Assembly: GCF_001194135.2 (NCBI RefSeq)
Contig: NC_068999.1
Span: 32,578,431-32,642,430 of the forward strand
Reading direction: 5' to 3'
DNA: 64,000 nucleotides
Source: Octopus bimaculoides
Lineage: Eukaryota
Part shown: positions 1 to 11,379 of the stretch, one piece after another
How positions within the stretch are numbered: the stretch's first letter is position 1
Layout: every line of letters begins with the position of its first letter
Program-made: the position numbers and the translations under genes
The notes under the pieces: model-generated
The model's database searches: none
What the model saw: the letters and a program-made list of their open reading frames with translations, nothing else
What the model was told of the DNA's origin: nothing

Positions 1-444
1 GTGGTCATTAAGCTCTGCAGTAATTTTGGGATCCTTTCTAACAATCCATGTAAGAGTCCAACGGTTCCTATCTGAAAGTTTTGGTTTTCTTCCGGAGTTT
101 TTTTCGACAAGGAGGGTTTTTTTCCAGCTTTCTTAAAGGCTGTCATTACTTTCGAGACAGTACTTCTTGATACACCAAACATTTTGGCCGTTTTTGTTAC
201 GCTAGCACCTGCCGTATTAGCACCAATAATTTGACCTCTTTGAAAGTCCAATAAATCTGTCATTTTAATGAATTTTAATTACCCTTTTCTGGTAATATTT
301 GAAAAGAAACAGCAATTCTAGCAAAACATATTAAGCAACACTAATAATAAATTAAAAAACATAAATATAAACAAGCTTTTGACAGTTTTATAGATATTTC
401 AAAATTATGATGCTAGGTGTTTCCATTATTTTGTCCATCCCCTG
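1..444 (-). mobile_element. Tc1-family DNA transposon, 5' end with decayed transposase N-terminus
   Basis: From ATG at 263 (minus): MTDLLDFQRGQIIGANTAGASVTKTAKMFGVSRSTVSKVMTAF, then a frameshift to SGRKPKLSDR, typical of the Tc1 HTH region. Terminus CAGGGGATGGACAAAATAATGG ends at 444 with TA at 445-446. Runs off the window start. Confidence 0.9.
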
Positions 445-530
445 TATGTATGTATGTATGTATGTAGGTATGTATGTATATGTATGTATATATGTATATA
501 CATACATATGTATACATATATGTATAGTAC
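445..530. repeat. (TATG)n/(TA)n microsatellite
   Basis: Directly visible; it is the Tc1 insertion site. Confidence 0.9.
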
Positions 531-690
531 AAGAGATATACAGAAGAATTTCAACTTAGGCAGACTTGATTGGTTTATACATATACAAATTTAATATGAT
601 AGAATTGTTTAAAACATATATTAATACATTCAGAATATAAAGATATAGAAATATGTATGAATGTTAAAAATATGCAAGGACAAATAAATA

Positions 691-961
691 TATTCTTTTA
701 CTGTTTCAGTTATTTGACTGCGGCCATGCTGGAGCACCGCCTTTAGTTGAGCATATCGATCCCAGGACTTATTCTTTGTAAGCGTAGCACTTATCCTATC
801 AGTCTCTTTTGCCGAACCACTAAGTTACGGGGACGTAAACACACCACCATCGGTTGTCAAGCAATGTTGAGGGGACAAACACAGACACACAAACACATGC
901 ACACACACACATATATATGACGGGCTTCTTTCAGTTTCCGTCGAACAAATCCACTCACAAC
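691..961 (-). mobile_element. SINE-A (tRNA-derived SINE), 5'-truncated
   Basis: Matches other copies in the window (GTGAGTGGATTTG..GACGGAAACTGAAAGAAGCCCGTC; GGCGGTGCTCCAGCATGGCCGCAGTCAAA tail). Confidence 0.85.
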
Positions 962-1319
962 GCATTTCTGTATTTTTTTCTTTTGAAGAAATATCTTTGA
1001 AACTGAACAAACTGAACTGTTGTTGGTCACATTTAGTTGAGAGTGTTGTCTGTTTCATTGAAACATATCGCAACATATCAATTCTCACCTTCTCTCCCCT
1101 TGAACCTTAGATCAGCACCTTGTCATTTCCTTCACTAACCCCTGGCTGACTCTTTGAATTTGGAGGTAACAGAGTTTATTCATAGCAAGTTAAGGGGATG
1201 CTGTTAGTCTTCAGTCAGGTGATCTTTCCCGTTGAGCATATGTAATAATCAGTTCCAGATTCATTTGAAGGAAGTAGCACTAACTAAATTTTTTCTTAAT
1301 TATTTTCATTAGCCCTAGC

Positions 1320-1776
1320 ATGATAAAAAGAAAATCAACTGTTTGGAATTTTTTCAATAGGAAAAACAAAGACAAAGCTCAATGCAATAAGTGTGATTAG
1401 ATCATGAAGTCTTCTGGAGGATCTACTACGTCTCTGATCTTGCACTTAAAGAAAATTCATCAAATGACATAAATCAAGATGAAAACCAGCCTCCTGTGAA
1501 GATGACAAGAACAATGGAACACTTTTTAACAAAGAAACCAACGGAAGAAGTAGTTTCAAAGTTAGCTGCTATGGATGGATTCTCTTTCAATTTAATCGCC
1601 AAAAGCGATTTTATACAGAGAAATCTTCTTAGTCAGAGAGGCAAATATGATAAATTACAACCAACATCGGCAAACGGAGCCAGGAATATGGTAATGAATT
1701 ATTACATAACCAAGAAAGAAGAACTTAAGCGCTGGGGATTCGCTACTCATTGACATTGGATGAATATACATCAAGG
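1320..1776 (+). pseudogene. hAT transposase fragment with BED zinc finger
   Basis: MIKRKSTVWNFF..KAQCNKCD*IMKSSGGSTTSLILHLKKIH (BED; stop at 1398-1400), then EEVVSKLAAMDGFSFNLIAKSDFI, then in another frame RYSLTLDEYTS (1741-1773), containing the first hAT catalytic Asp. Confidence 0.85.
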
Positions 1777-2180
1777 ATCTTTCTGATTTGGCAGACACCA
1801 TTTTTTATTGTGTGTTTATTTAGTGTGTTTTCTACCGAAACACTTTAAAACTTCGTATACTTGTATATTTTGTCTTATAGAACAGAAAAAATTTTTACAT
1901 TCGAAGTTATTTCATGTTAAAAATTGTCGTATTTCGGTAATTTCCCCCAATCACTGACGTCTATTGAGGTGAAAACAATTACTGCTGTGAATTGTCAACA
2001 ACATGTTGTGACAGTGTAATGGGATCTTTTCCCTTGAATAAAATTAGTGCCGTTGTTTGTCAACAATAACTATCGGCGGTACTGTTATTTATGACATTGT
2101 TTGTGCGTTTGTACTGGTTTTAGCTTTAGGGTTTTAGGGTTAGGGTTCAGGTTTTAGGGTTATAGTTAGGGTTAGGGTTA
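1776..2180. mobile_element. Non-coding interspersed element carrying telomere-like repeats, truncating the hAT remnant
   Basis: hAT homology stops abruptly at GATCTTTCTGATTTGGCAGAC; CpG-retaining unique sequence follows and ends in TTAGGG units. Family identity is inference. Confidence 0.45.
2126..2180 (+). repeat. Interstitial telomere-like (TTAGGG)n tract
   Basis: Six perfect TTAGGG units (2126, 2134, 2140, 2154, 2166, 2172) plus variants TTCAGG and TTATAG. Confidence 0.85.
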
Positions 2181-2403
2181 TGAGTATGTGTGTGTGTATA
2201 TGTTTGCTTGTCTGTGTATGTATCCGCACCATCGCTTGGCAACTGATGGTGGTGTGTTTACATGCCCGTAACTTAGCGGTTTGTCGAAAGTGACCGATAG
2301 AATAAGTACTAGGCTTACAAAGAATAAGTGCTGGGGTTGATTTGTTCGACTAAAACGCTTCAGCATGGCTTCAGTCAAATGACCAAAACAAATAAAAGAA
2401 TTA
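2181..2403 (+). mobile_element. SINE-A, 3' half
   Basis: GGTGTGTTTACATGCCCGTAACTTAGCGG...AGAATAAGTACTAGGCTTACAAAGAATAAG shared with other copies. Confidence 0.8.
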
Positions 2404-2629
2404 TAGAACATGATTACACACACACACACACACATTTACATACATACATACATACATACATACCGTTTAGTATTGAAATCCCAGAAACGTTCACAATCCA
2501 GATATATTTTCATTTCAATTTGTCTAATGAACAGTTTCTCTTTCGGTAATCAGTGAACCTGGCATCAATTAGGTTTGTGGCAGGATATTTCTTGTAAGTT
2601 GTTATTGTTGGTGCAGCTTGTCTCTTAAC

Positions 2630-3275
2630 ATTGATGATAAAAAGGAAGAGGAATATGGTAATGAAAATGATAGGCTGGTGATGGTGAAGATGATGGGGTT
2701 AGAGATAACGATGAAGATGACGATAATGGTCTTAAAGATAAGTGGTGATGACAATGACGTTGATAATAGTGATGATGATGATGGTCATAACATTTGATGA
2801 TCATGATAATGATGGAGATGACTTAAAGGTAGTAATGTTTTCTTTGGATCAAATCATACAGAAACCATAGAAGTATTGGAGGGTGGGTGGTGGTTAAGAC
2901 TTAATGGAAACAAAGCCAAAACAATTTTAATAACTGACATTGTTTATGCAATTGATTATGAATTTAGTGATAATGATAGTGATGAAATGGTGGTAGTGAT
3001 AATGGTGATGATGATGGTGATGGTAGTTATGGTGACGCTGGTTGTGATGGTGGTGGTTGTAATATATTATTATTATTATTATTAGATCAAAGAGTTTCAG
3101 AATGTCTGGTTCTATTCTTGTCTGATTTCATTATTTCTTTTGGTTTTGGTAATATCACTAGATGTTTATGTTGATAACACTAATGGTGATGGTGTTGTCC
3201 TCTAATAGTTGTGAAGGTAGTGGAATTGGGGGTACTAGTAGTGCTGGTAGGGTTAGTAGTAGTAGTAGTTGTAAC
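2630..3275. repeat. Low-complexity (GAT)/(GGT)/(TAT)/(TAG) trinucleotide region
   Basis: Directly visible; explains the Val/Met/Tyr/Ser-rich ORFs. Confidence 0.85.
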
Positions 3276-3610
3276 AAGCAGGTTTACATTCAGTGTGTAG
3301 TGACTTCATTTAGGTATAGAGTAGATTCGAACCTGGACTGCCAAATTTCCCATAATATTTCAACAGCACTTTTCTGACAGAGAAACAGTGGTTGACAGCA
3401 AGTTACATTTTATGGTTTTGCCAATCCGACTTATGTTTTTGCCACTTGACCCTTCTAACCTCTTGTATGCAGTGGAGAATGGAATTGAGGTAACAGTGGA
3501 CCGCCAAATTATATCCATTGTCTTTGCAGTATATCTATTTTTCCATCTAGTTTTGTATAGTCATAAATACAAGAAGTTCGTAAGCCAAAGTCAGTTAGTG
3601 AGAACCAAGT

Positions 3611-4033
3611 CTGGCTGACCGGCTAAATGAAATGCTGTCTCTGAAAGAAAAGGCACAGTGAGACAGCTATGTTAACTCACCAACAAAGCAGTTGTTTCGT
3701 CCCACCACTCTCACTTTCACCAGCTCACTTTCTTTTCTCTACAACATTACCCTATCTCTATCTGTGATTTACTACTACACAATGTCGAGAACACAGACAC
3801 ACCTATACAAGAAAAATCTATGATATCTCTCTTTATCTCGCATGCTTTACAAATTATACATACCAACCCATCATGGTTTTGGCTATGTTTGTTTACATCT
3901 TCGATCACTGTTCTTCTTTTATCTTGCACATCTGCAACATCAATACCCATTACAATTGGTAACTGCCGACTCCAACATACATCATTACACATACTGTTAC
4001 AGGTGTATCTTAGTCTGAAGAAGGGCTATGCCT
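3611..4033 (+). mobile_element. Probable decayed Penelope-like element 3' end
   Basis: LADRLNEML (3611-3637) resembles the GIY-YIG 'RLADRFAEHL' segment; VSSHHSHFHQL follows; ends in CTGAAGA-A-GGGC-TAT-GCCT (half hammerhead core plus stem II). Confidence 0.4.
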
Positions 4034-4084
4034 ATTGTTTTTCAAATTTTTCTTTTGACTTGATCAAGAAATAATTAACCATAT

Positions 4085-4295
4085 AGGAAGGGCATCTAGC
4101 TTTAAAAACCACGCTGGTGCTGTGTAAAAAACACTCAGTCCACTCTGTAAGGTAATTGGCATTTGGAAGGGCATCCAGCCATAAAAACCATACCAAGGTG
4201 GACAATGAAGCCTGGTGCAAAATTTTGGCTTGCCAGCTGTTGTCAAACTATCTCACCTGTAGCAGCATGGAAAATGGACATTAAATAATGATGAT
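4085..4295 (+). mobile_element. RTE-type LINE 3' tail
   Basis: GGAAGGGCATCCAGC module and ...GCATGGAAAATGGACATTAAATAATGATGAT end; the same module adjoins RTE coding sequence at 62816-63048. Confidence 0.7.
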
Positions 4296-4470
4296 ATTAT
4301 AAGATCCTAATAGAAGTGTTTACATTTGGAGTGGTTACATAGTTACAAATAAGGGTCTAATGATAGAGTGGTTACCTAACCATATATAAGGTCCACGTTA
4401 TAGGGGCGTGGTTACTTGGATATATCCATAATAAAGTCCTATGATAAAGTAGTTACATAGCTAAATCTTA
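4296..4470. repeat. Degenerate minisatellite (~37 bp unit)
   Basis: Recurring ATAAG(G)TCCTA..GATAGAGTGGTTAC, about 4-5 copies. Confidence 0.55.
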
Positions 4471-5426
4471 CCATAGTCTTAAATCTTACCATTGGGCAGG
4501 CTCTGTTGTATGCAACTGTCTGTAAACTGGAGGGTTTTTTTCTCACATTAGATTCTAGACATGATTATGTACACTCTATTATGACATGGCGTATAGTTTG
4601 TCAACATGTGGAGACAGGTATTGGTCCTGCAGTTGGACAAATTGAGTAATGACCACTGCAGACATGTGACAGGAAGAATAAGTTTGGCACAGTCATTTCA
4701 AAAGAGAGGGAGAGAGAATGAATTTGTCCTCAGGTGTTTGAAGTGGGAGAATTGGCTTTCACTCTGACTTTGACATCATAAGGAAGCATAGAGAATGATG
4801 CTGCATGATAGCTCAAAGAAATCCCAAAGCCAGAGGCCTAATTTTAATACTTGCAACAGTGTAAACTCTTTTAAAGACACTCAAGAAGGTGGCATTAAAG
4901 CAAGTGCATGTGCACTGCATGCATGTATGTGTGTGAGTGTGTATGTATGTGTTTGTGTGTAATAAAAAGGGTTTGAAGTGTATCACAAAAAGGGTTTAAC
5001 AGAGAGATGAAATCTTTGATAAAATTGTCTGAGCAGACAACACAGCAATCAGGCTTCTAGTTGTTGATTTTATATGAATTCTTAGAATTTAGTAGTGGTA
5101 AGAATGTTATCAAAGATAAAATTTAAATTACTTGCATTTAAAAGGATGTAAATTTGGAACTAATCTGATAACATTCTCAGTGTTTTCTAAAACCCCTGGA
5201 TTGTTATGGCAAAATCTTTGTCATGAGATTGCCATTCTTAAATTCCCTTTGGGTGGCTCTGATTAAACCTAGATTATTTGGATATCTTTATAAGAGATTC
5301 CTGGAAGGGGATGATTTTCAGGCGAAGGGTGGGAATTGTAAACTGTTGTAATATATTTGATAGACTAGTCTAGCATTTGTCTTCATCTTGTTGCAAACTC
5401 ACTTTTGTGTGTTTACATTTTCTTAA

Positions 5427-5611
5427 CTCTTTAGTTACCGTATTTAAATACACTGGCCTTGATTCTCAAAATAATGAGAATTTAGGAAAATAACTTTATC
5501 ATTATTAAGCTGGTTTTTGAAACCTATCATGGAGTTTTGAAGAAAGATTTCAAGACCATTTTAAAAACAAGATGTTTGTCAGAAAATCAGGTGGGCTGGT
5601 ACCAAAAGAGG
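5427..5611. mobile_element. piggyBac-like MITE
   Basis: TTAA|CTCTTTAGTTACC ... GGTACCAAAAGAGG|TTAG: imperfect TIRs and a TTAA-like target site. Confidence 0.55.
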
Positions 5612-5659
5612 TTAGAGTTTACTTGTAGAGCTCTGTAAAATACTTTGCTGGTATATCTG

Positions 5660-5940
5660 TTATGCATATGGAAGCATAGCCATGTGCTTATGAAGTTCAC
5701 TTCACAGTCATTAGGTTCTGGATTCAAGGTGAATGTGTAGAAAGCTTGGGTAAGAGTCTTTACTGCAATCTTGGGTTGACCAATGCTTTGTGAGTGAAAT
5801 TTGGTTGATGGGAAATCCTAGAAACCAATTGCCTGTGTGTGCATGTTTGTGTATATTGTAACTATATTTTGCCAACATAAAGGCGGTGCTCCAGCATGGC
5901 CGTAGTCAAATGATTGAAACAACTAAAAAAAATAAGAATA
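5660..5940 (+). mobile_element. SINE-A, decayed, internally deleted
   Basis: Degenerate head and core; clear AAAGGCGGTGCTCCAGCATGGCCGTAGTCAAATGA tail. Confidence 0.65.
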
Positions 5941-5944
5941 TGTT

Positions 5945-6150
5945 AATGGCAAGGTGGTGAGCTAACAGAATCGTTACCTTGTCAGACAAAATGCTTTGTG
6001 ATATTTCTTCTGCATTTACATTCTGAGTTCAAATTCTGCCTACTTTGCCTTTCATCCTTTTGAGGTCAATATAAGAAGTACCAGTTGAGTATTGGGGGCG
6101 ATGTAATCAACTTATCCCCTCCTCCAAATTGTTGGAATTGTGCCAAAATT
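5945..6150 (+). mobile_element. SINE-B
   Basis: GGTGGTGAGCTAACAGAATCGTT head, B-box-like GAGTTCAAATTC, TTTGCCTTTCATCCTTT..AAGTACCAG core. Confidence 0.8.
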
Positions 6151-6275
6151 TTAAACCAATTCATATTAATGGCAAAAATGGTACTTTCAAACAAGAATAT
6201 CCTGATGTATTTATTCTGTACAAATTTCAAAGATGTTCTATTGTCACTTTTACACAGAGGCAATATTCTGTACTT

Positions 6276-6512
6276 GAGAAGACCCGTCAAGCCAAGTGAA
6301 GTTGTAATTGTGGCTGATGCCAGTGTCATGTAACTGGCATGTAAAAAGCACCCATTACATTCTTGGAATGGTTGGCATTATGAAGGGCATCCAGCTGTAG
6401 AAACCATGCCAAATCAGACTGGGACCTAGTGCAGCCCTCCAGCATACCAGCCCTGTTCAAACCATGCAACCCATGCCAGTGTGAGAAGCAGATGCTCAAT
6501 GATGATGATGAT
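6276..6512 (+). mobile_element. RTE-type LINE 3' tail
   Basis: AAGACCCGTCAAGCCAAGTG...GAAGGGCATCCAGCTGTAGAAACCATGCC...(GAT)n. Confidence 0.8.
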
Positions 6513-6726
6513 AAAGTGTAGTTTGAAAGAAATGTACCAAGTATTTTAAGAGAGTCCAGTAATTATGTACAGGCTCTCAAAAGGTCATCATGATTTGGTT
6601 AGTAATGATATCCAACCCAAGCACAGCATGGGGTGGAGAACACACATCGAGACTTCAATTTATTTTGGTTTCTTACGTATTCTTTTTATATGACACATAT
6701 AATGACCTTTATAGAAATATGTATAT

Positions 6727-6856
6727 CAGGCATGGGCAACCTTTTTTCGAGAAGTGGGTTGCACTCATCAGGTGGGACACACTGTTAAAAAAAGAATTGA
6801 AGGTAGTTTTTCATTAGGTGTGCCATTCAGAGAGCCCCATAGGTTGCCTATGCCTG
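6727..6856. mobile_element. hAT-like MITE (130 bp)
   Basis: 16-bp TIRs CAGGCATGGGCAACCT / AGGTTGCCTATGCCTG (1 mismatch); no clean 8-bp TSD. Confidence 0.7.
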
Positions 6857-8320
6857 ATATCTTACATATAATAAGACGCAAAGTGTGACCTGTTGATCCC
6901 ACTAGAAGGAAAGAAGAGTAAAACAACAAATGGAGTTGGGGTGGATGATAGTGAGAGGTGCTGAAAAGTAGTTGAACAGCTTTTAAAGGTTTTGCTTTGA
7001 AAATGCTGATATTTAAAAATAAAACTGCAAATTTTTATTGTAAATTGTATTTACTTTATCAGTTTCTTATACACATGTATACACACAGAAACATACACGT
7101 AAATATATATATGTATGTATGTATACACACACACACNNNNNNNNNNNNNNNNNNNNNNNNNNNNNNNNNNNNNNNNNNNNNNNNNNNNNNNNNNNNNNNN
7201 NNNNNNNNNNNNNNNNNNNNNNNNNNNNNNNNNNNNNNNNNNNNNNNNNNNNNNNNNNNNNNNNNNNNNNNNNNNNNNNNNNNNNNNNNNNNNNNNNNNN
7301 NNNNNNNNNNNNNNNNNNNNNNNNNNNNNNNNNNNNNNNNNNNNNNNNNNNNNNNNNNNNNNNNNNNNNNNNNNNNNNNNNNNNNNNNNNNNNNNNNNNN
7401 NNNNNNNNNNNNNNNNNNNNNNNNNNNNNNNNNNNNNNNNNNNNNNNNNNNNNNNNNNNNNNNNNNNNNNNNNNNNNNNNNNNNNNNNNNNNNNNNNNNN
7501 NNNNNNNNNNNNNNNNNNNNNNNNATATATATATATATATAGATATATATCAGTGGTAACTCTGGCACTTGAGCTGTTTGTTCTTAGCCGGAGTATAAAT
7601 TTAGCAAAGTGAACGTGTATTTGCAAGCTGATTCAATTTCTGACTTCAAGTATGTAACTGCAACCAGTAACTTGAGCTCCTTTTATTGAGCCTGGTCACA
7701 ATTCATTTATTTTTGTTCAGCTTCTGCTGGTCATCTTAGAGGTGCCCTGTGTCAAAAAATATCATTTGTAGCAGACATTCTCTCAACATTATTCACATGC
7801 ACCTGACTCTGGCTCAAATTACAGCCTGAGTTGGCTATAATCGTAAAAATTAAAAGTAATTCAAATCCAATATTTTCTTGAAACAATAAATTTCTATAAA
7901 GATTAGGACTTCTATGAAAAGTTTCTGTTCTACAATATTCTTAAGGAATGAGAAATTATTCAGCAACTTGGGCTAATATAAATGAGCCTGGTAGGTGTAA
8001 AAGACTAACTGGCATCTCTTGTCAAGAGTACAGGCGAGAGTCAGATCACTGATGCTTTTTGTGCACTCTGCTGTCATTTGATTGCTCTTATTCTGTGCGT
8101 CTGTGTGTAAAGGTCAGTTGTGTTTTGCAAGGTTGCTTTAATTTTACCTTTAACTTAGAAATGGAGAAAGACATGGTGCTAGATATGAAAAAATAAGCCA
8201 TCTGGAACTAGAAATAAAGTGGAAAACATGAAATTCTTTGAGCAGGCATGTCTTTTGCAAAATCTGTGATGATCCCGAGTGACACTGATGGCCTGAAGTT
8301 GCCTCTGATACTTACGTATC

Positions 8321-8453
8321 TATGTATGTTCAGAGATTTATTATATATATATATATATGTATGTATGTTCAGAGATTTATTATACATATATATATATATA
8401 TATATGTTCAGAGATTTATTATATATATATGTATGTTCAGAGGTTTATCATTT

Positions 8454-8455
<2 letters not shown>
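8321..8455. repeat. Minisatellite TATGTTCAGAGATTTATTA(TA)n x4
   Basis: Directly visible; variable TA spacer. Confidence 0.85.
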
Positions 8456-8495
<40 letters not shown>

Positions 8496-8719
8496 TGTAT
8501 ATATATGTGTGTGCGTTTGTGTGCATATACACACACATACATGATATTTTCAACCCAGAATTTCCAGTTGTATTTGATTCTTCAAGTGCTTTAATTTTGT
8601 ATATGCAAATATATTTATTAGATGGCTGATATTTATTAATGGTTTTTCCCATTGTGTTTAAGTACCATTTTCTATCATTAATAAAACTTGTCAGCATTTT
8701 TAACAAAATGGGCATGCTA

Positions 8720-8910
8720 GTATATTATAGTAGTAATACTGATAGAAATATGTATTATAGTAAGGACCTTGATAAGAATATAATAGGGACTTTGATAAAT
8801 ATATATTGTAGGAGTCTTGATAGAAATACAGATTAAATTAGGGACTTTGACAGAAATATATTAAAGAAGGGATCTTTGTAGAAATATATATTGTAGTAGA
8901 GTTCTTTGAA
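8720..8910. repeat. Degenerate minisatellite (~28 bp)
   Basis: Recurring GATAGAAATATATATT.TAG(G)GAC(T)TT, about 7 copies. Confidence 0.65.
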
Positions 8911-9517
8911 AGTTGTTTTCATCAATGAATATTTACTAATTATACATTATTGATCTAAATCAATCAATCAAGTTTATCTCTTGATATACAGCATCTTCAG
9001 TGGGAATTAAACAAAAATGTTTTCAGTAAAAGTTCAACTTTATAAATAATTTAGAGAGACAGAAATATGAAGTGAATTAGAGGTGTGTGTGTCTATGAAC
9101 TGAGAGGTTATAGGTTTCTATCAGCTAATGGTTGTGTATTGTTGACTCATTGTGTGTGTGTAGATGAGTGAAACAATTCTAATTTTGTATATGTCAGACA
9201 GTTTGATATGTATATATGTATGTGTATAAATATGTGTGAATTGTCTTGATTTTCATTCTTGTGGGATTGAATGTTTACATATGATGTTGGTGTTGGATAT
9301 GATAATTGCCATGATAATGAGGATTTCTAGGCCGTAAATCTCATTACTTCTTTAATGATAACATAATTTATTTACATAAACACTAGTATTACATCACATC
9401 ATTTAACATTTTTAGACATGAATTTTGTGTTTTCCTAATTTTACTGACATTTTTTCCATATTACTATAAATACTCCCACTTTTTTTTATTACGTAAAATT
9501 ATACAATCTTCAGATTT

Positions 9518-10028
9518 ATCTTTTATTCTTATCTTTTACTTGTTTCATTCATTGGACTGTGGCCATGTGGGGGCACCATCTTGAAGGGTTTAGCTAAATA
9601 AATTGCCCCCAGGATATAGTTTTATAAATCTGGCACTTAATCTTTTGGTTTGCTTTACCAAAGTGCTAAGTTATGGAGGCATAAACAAACCAACACCAGT
9701 TAAACAGTGAGGTGGGAGTGAACACAGGCATAGATACACACATATATGATGGGATTCCACAGTTTCTGGTAATCAACTTCACTCACAAATCATTGATTGG
9801 GCCAGGGTTTTGTTTCTTTCTGTGTTCCTTTCTGTGGATGAGCGTAGGCTCAAAACGTTAAAGACTTTTTCACTTCCTGAGCATTATACTAATACATCTA
9901 TTTGTTTTCTACACCACCTGTCTTTGTCTGTTTTTGTGAATTCTTCTTATAGTAGAAGACACTTGCCCAAAGTGGCATGCAGTAGGATTGAACCCAGAGC
10001 CACATGGTTGCATAGTGTGCTTCTTAAC
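9518..10028 (-). mobile_element. SINE-A interrupted by a Penelope-like fragment
   Basis: SINE-A homology is split between ...GGGCCAGGGT and TATAGTAGAAGACACTTGCCCAA. Confidence 0.8.
9808..9946 (+). mobile_element. Penelope-like terminal fragment with decayed minimal hammerhead ribozyme
   Basis: CTTT-CTGTGGA-T-GAGC-GTAG-GCTC-AAAAC-GT-T-AAAG (9828-9863): stems I and II pair perfectly; ACGT palindromic helix III. Confidence 0.65.
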
Positions 10029-10744
10029 TACACAGCACCTAAGTGGTAACAGAACCTCTAAGTTTCAATGGTTTTCGAATACAGTGGTGGGGTAGCCTCA
10101 AGTGTAACATGGTAGGCATTGAAGCAGTTGTTTCATTTTCTGAGTGTGTAGACAGCAGTAGTGAAGGCAATGGTTTCTAGAGAGATAATGAAGTAGAAAC
10201 TTAAAACTATTTCAGTTCTAAAATTTCCAGAAGTTGGACTCAGTCGTTAAACCCATTGAGTATTTACTTTTGCTTATTCCAATCTAGTCGTTCAATATAA
10301 TATTGGCAGAAACTAATTGCTATCCAAAATGTAAATAAATGAAAATTGAAAATAAATGAAATTTGGGTATTTTTGCCATAAATGTGATAGTGAGCATTTA
10401 ATAAGTTCATCATCATCTCACCATTTTTATGCCCACTTTTCTATGTTGGCATAAATTGGATGAAACTTTTTGAGGCAGTGTTTTATAACCAGATATTCCC
10501 CTGCCTTCTGATGTCAATCCTTTCACATCTTACAGTATGCAGAGATACTTTGAAAATATTCTAAAAACCAAGATACATAGAGAAAACTAATTAAATATAT
10601 TAGCTAATGGCTTCTGTTATGTATTCGTACAACATTTAAATAAGTTTATATTTCAGATTTTATTTGTACTTTCATTAGGAGTGGTTTTGAGACCAATTCC
10701 ATTATACATTTCTGTCAGAAACTCTTGTTGAGCTTGAAACATGA

Positions 10745-10945
10745 CTTTAACATTTTGGTTTCAAATTTTGGCACAAGGCCAGCAATTTTGGAGGACGGGA
10801 TATGTCGATTACATTCACCCAGTGCTCAACTGGTACTTATTTTATCAACCCTGAAAGGATGAAAAGCAAAATCAACCTCAGTAGAATTTGAATTCAGGAC
10901 ATAAAGATGGATGAAATACTGCTAAGCATTTTTCCCAGCATGCAT
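10745..10945 (-). mobile_element. SINE-B
   Basis: Reverse complement of the SINE-B core (CTGGTACTTATTTTATCAACCCTGAAAGGATGAAAAGC). Confidence 0.8.
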
Positions 10946-10994
10946 GACTTTCCCACCTTACATTGACTTTTACTTATTAATAAATAAAATATAC

Positions 10995-11379
10995 GTGGCT
11001 GTGTAGTAAGAAGTTTGCTTCCCAACCACATGGTTCCAGGTTCAGTCCCTCTGTGTGACAACATGGGCAAATGTCTTCTATAGCCTCAGTCTAACCAAAG
11101 CCTTGGAGTAAGTGGATTTGGTAGATTGGAACTGAATGAAACATATATATATATGTGTGTGTGTGTGTGTATGTTTGCTACCCACCACTGCTTAACTAGT
11201 GTTGGTGTATTTCTATCCCCATAACTTAATGGTTAGGCAAAAGAGACTGATAGAAAAAATTTAAAAAAAGAAATGGATAGAATTACTGCGGTTGATTCAT
11301 TCAACAAGAATTTTTTATGGCATTGCCCCTGCATGCTCACTGTCTCCTGACTGAAAGGAGAAAAAGATAGAAAATAAAG
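10995..11379 (+). mobile_element. SINE-A, near full length
   Basis: A-box-like TGGCTGTGTAGTAAG, B-box-like GGTTCAGTCCC, internal TA/TG microsatellite, tail. Confidence 0.8.

Noticed and set aside
10995-11050. tRNA-like A/B boxes as tRNA genes
   Set aside because: They are SINE heads; no cloverleaf can be formed.
11340-11379. Strong minus-strand acceptor with a tiny exon
   Set aside because: The pyrimidine tract is the reverse complement of the SINE-A tail.
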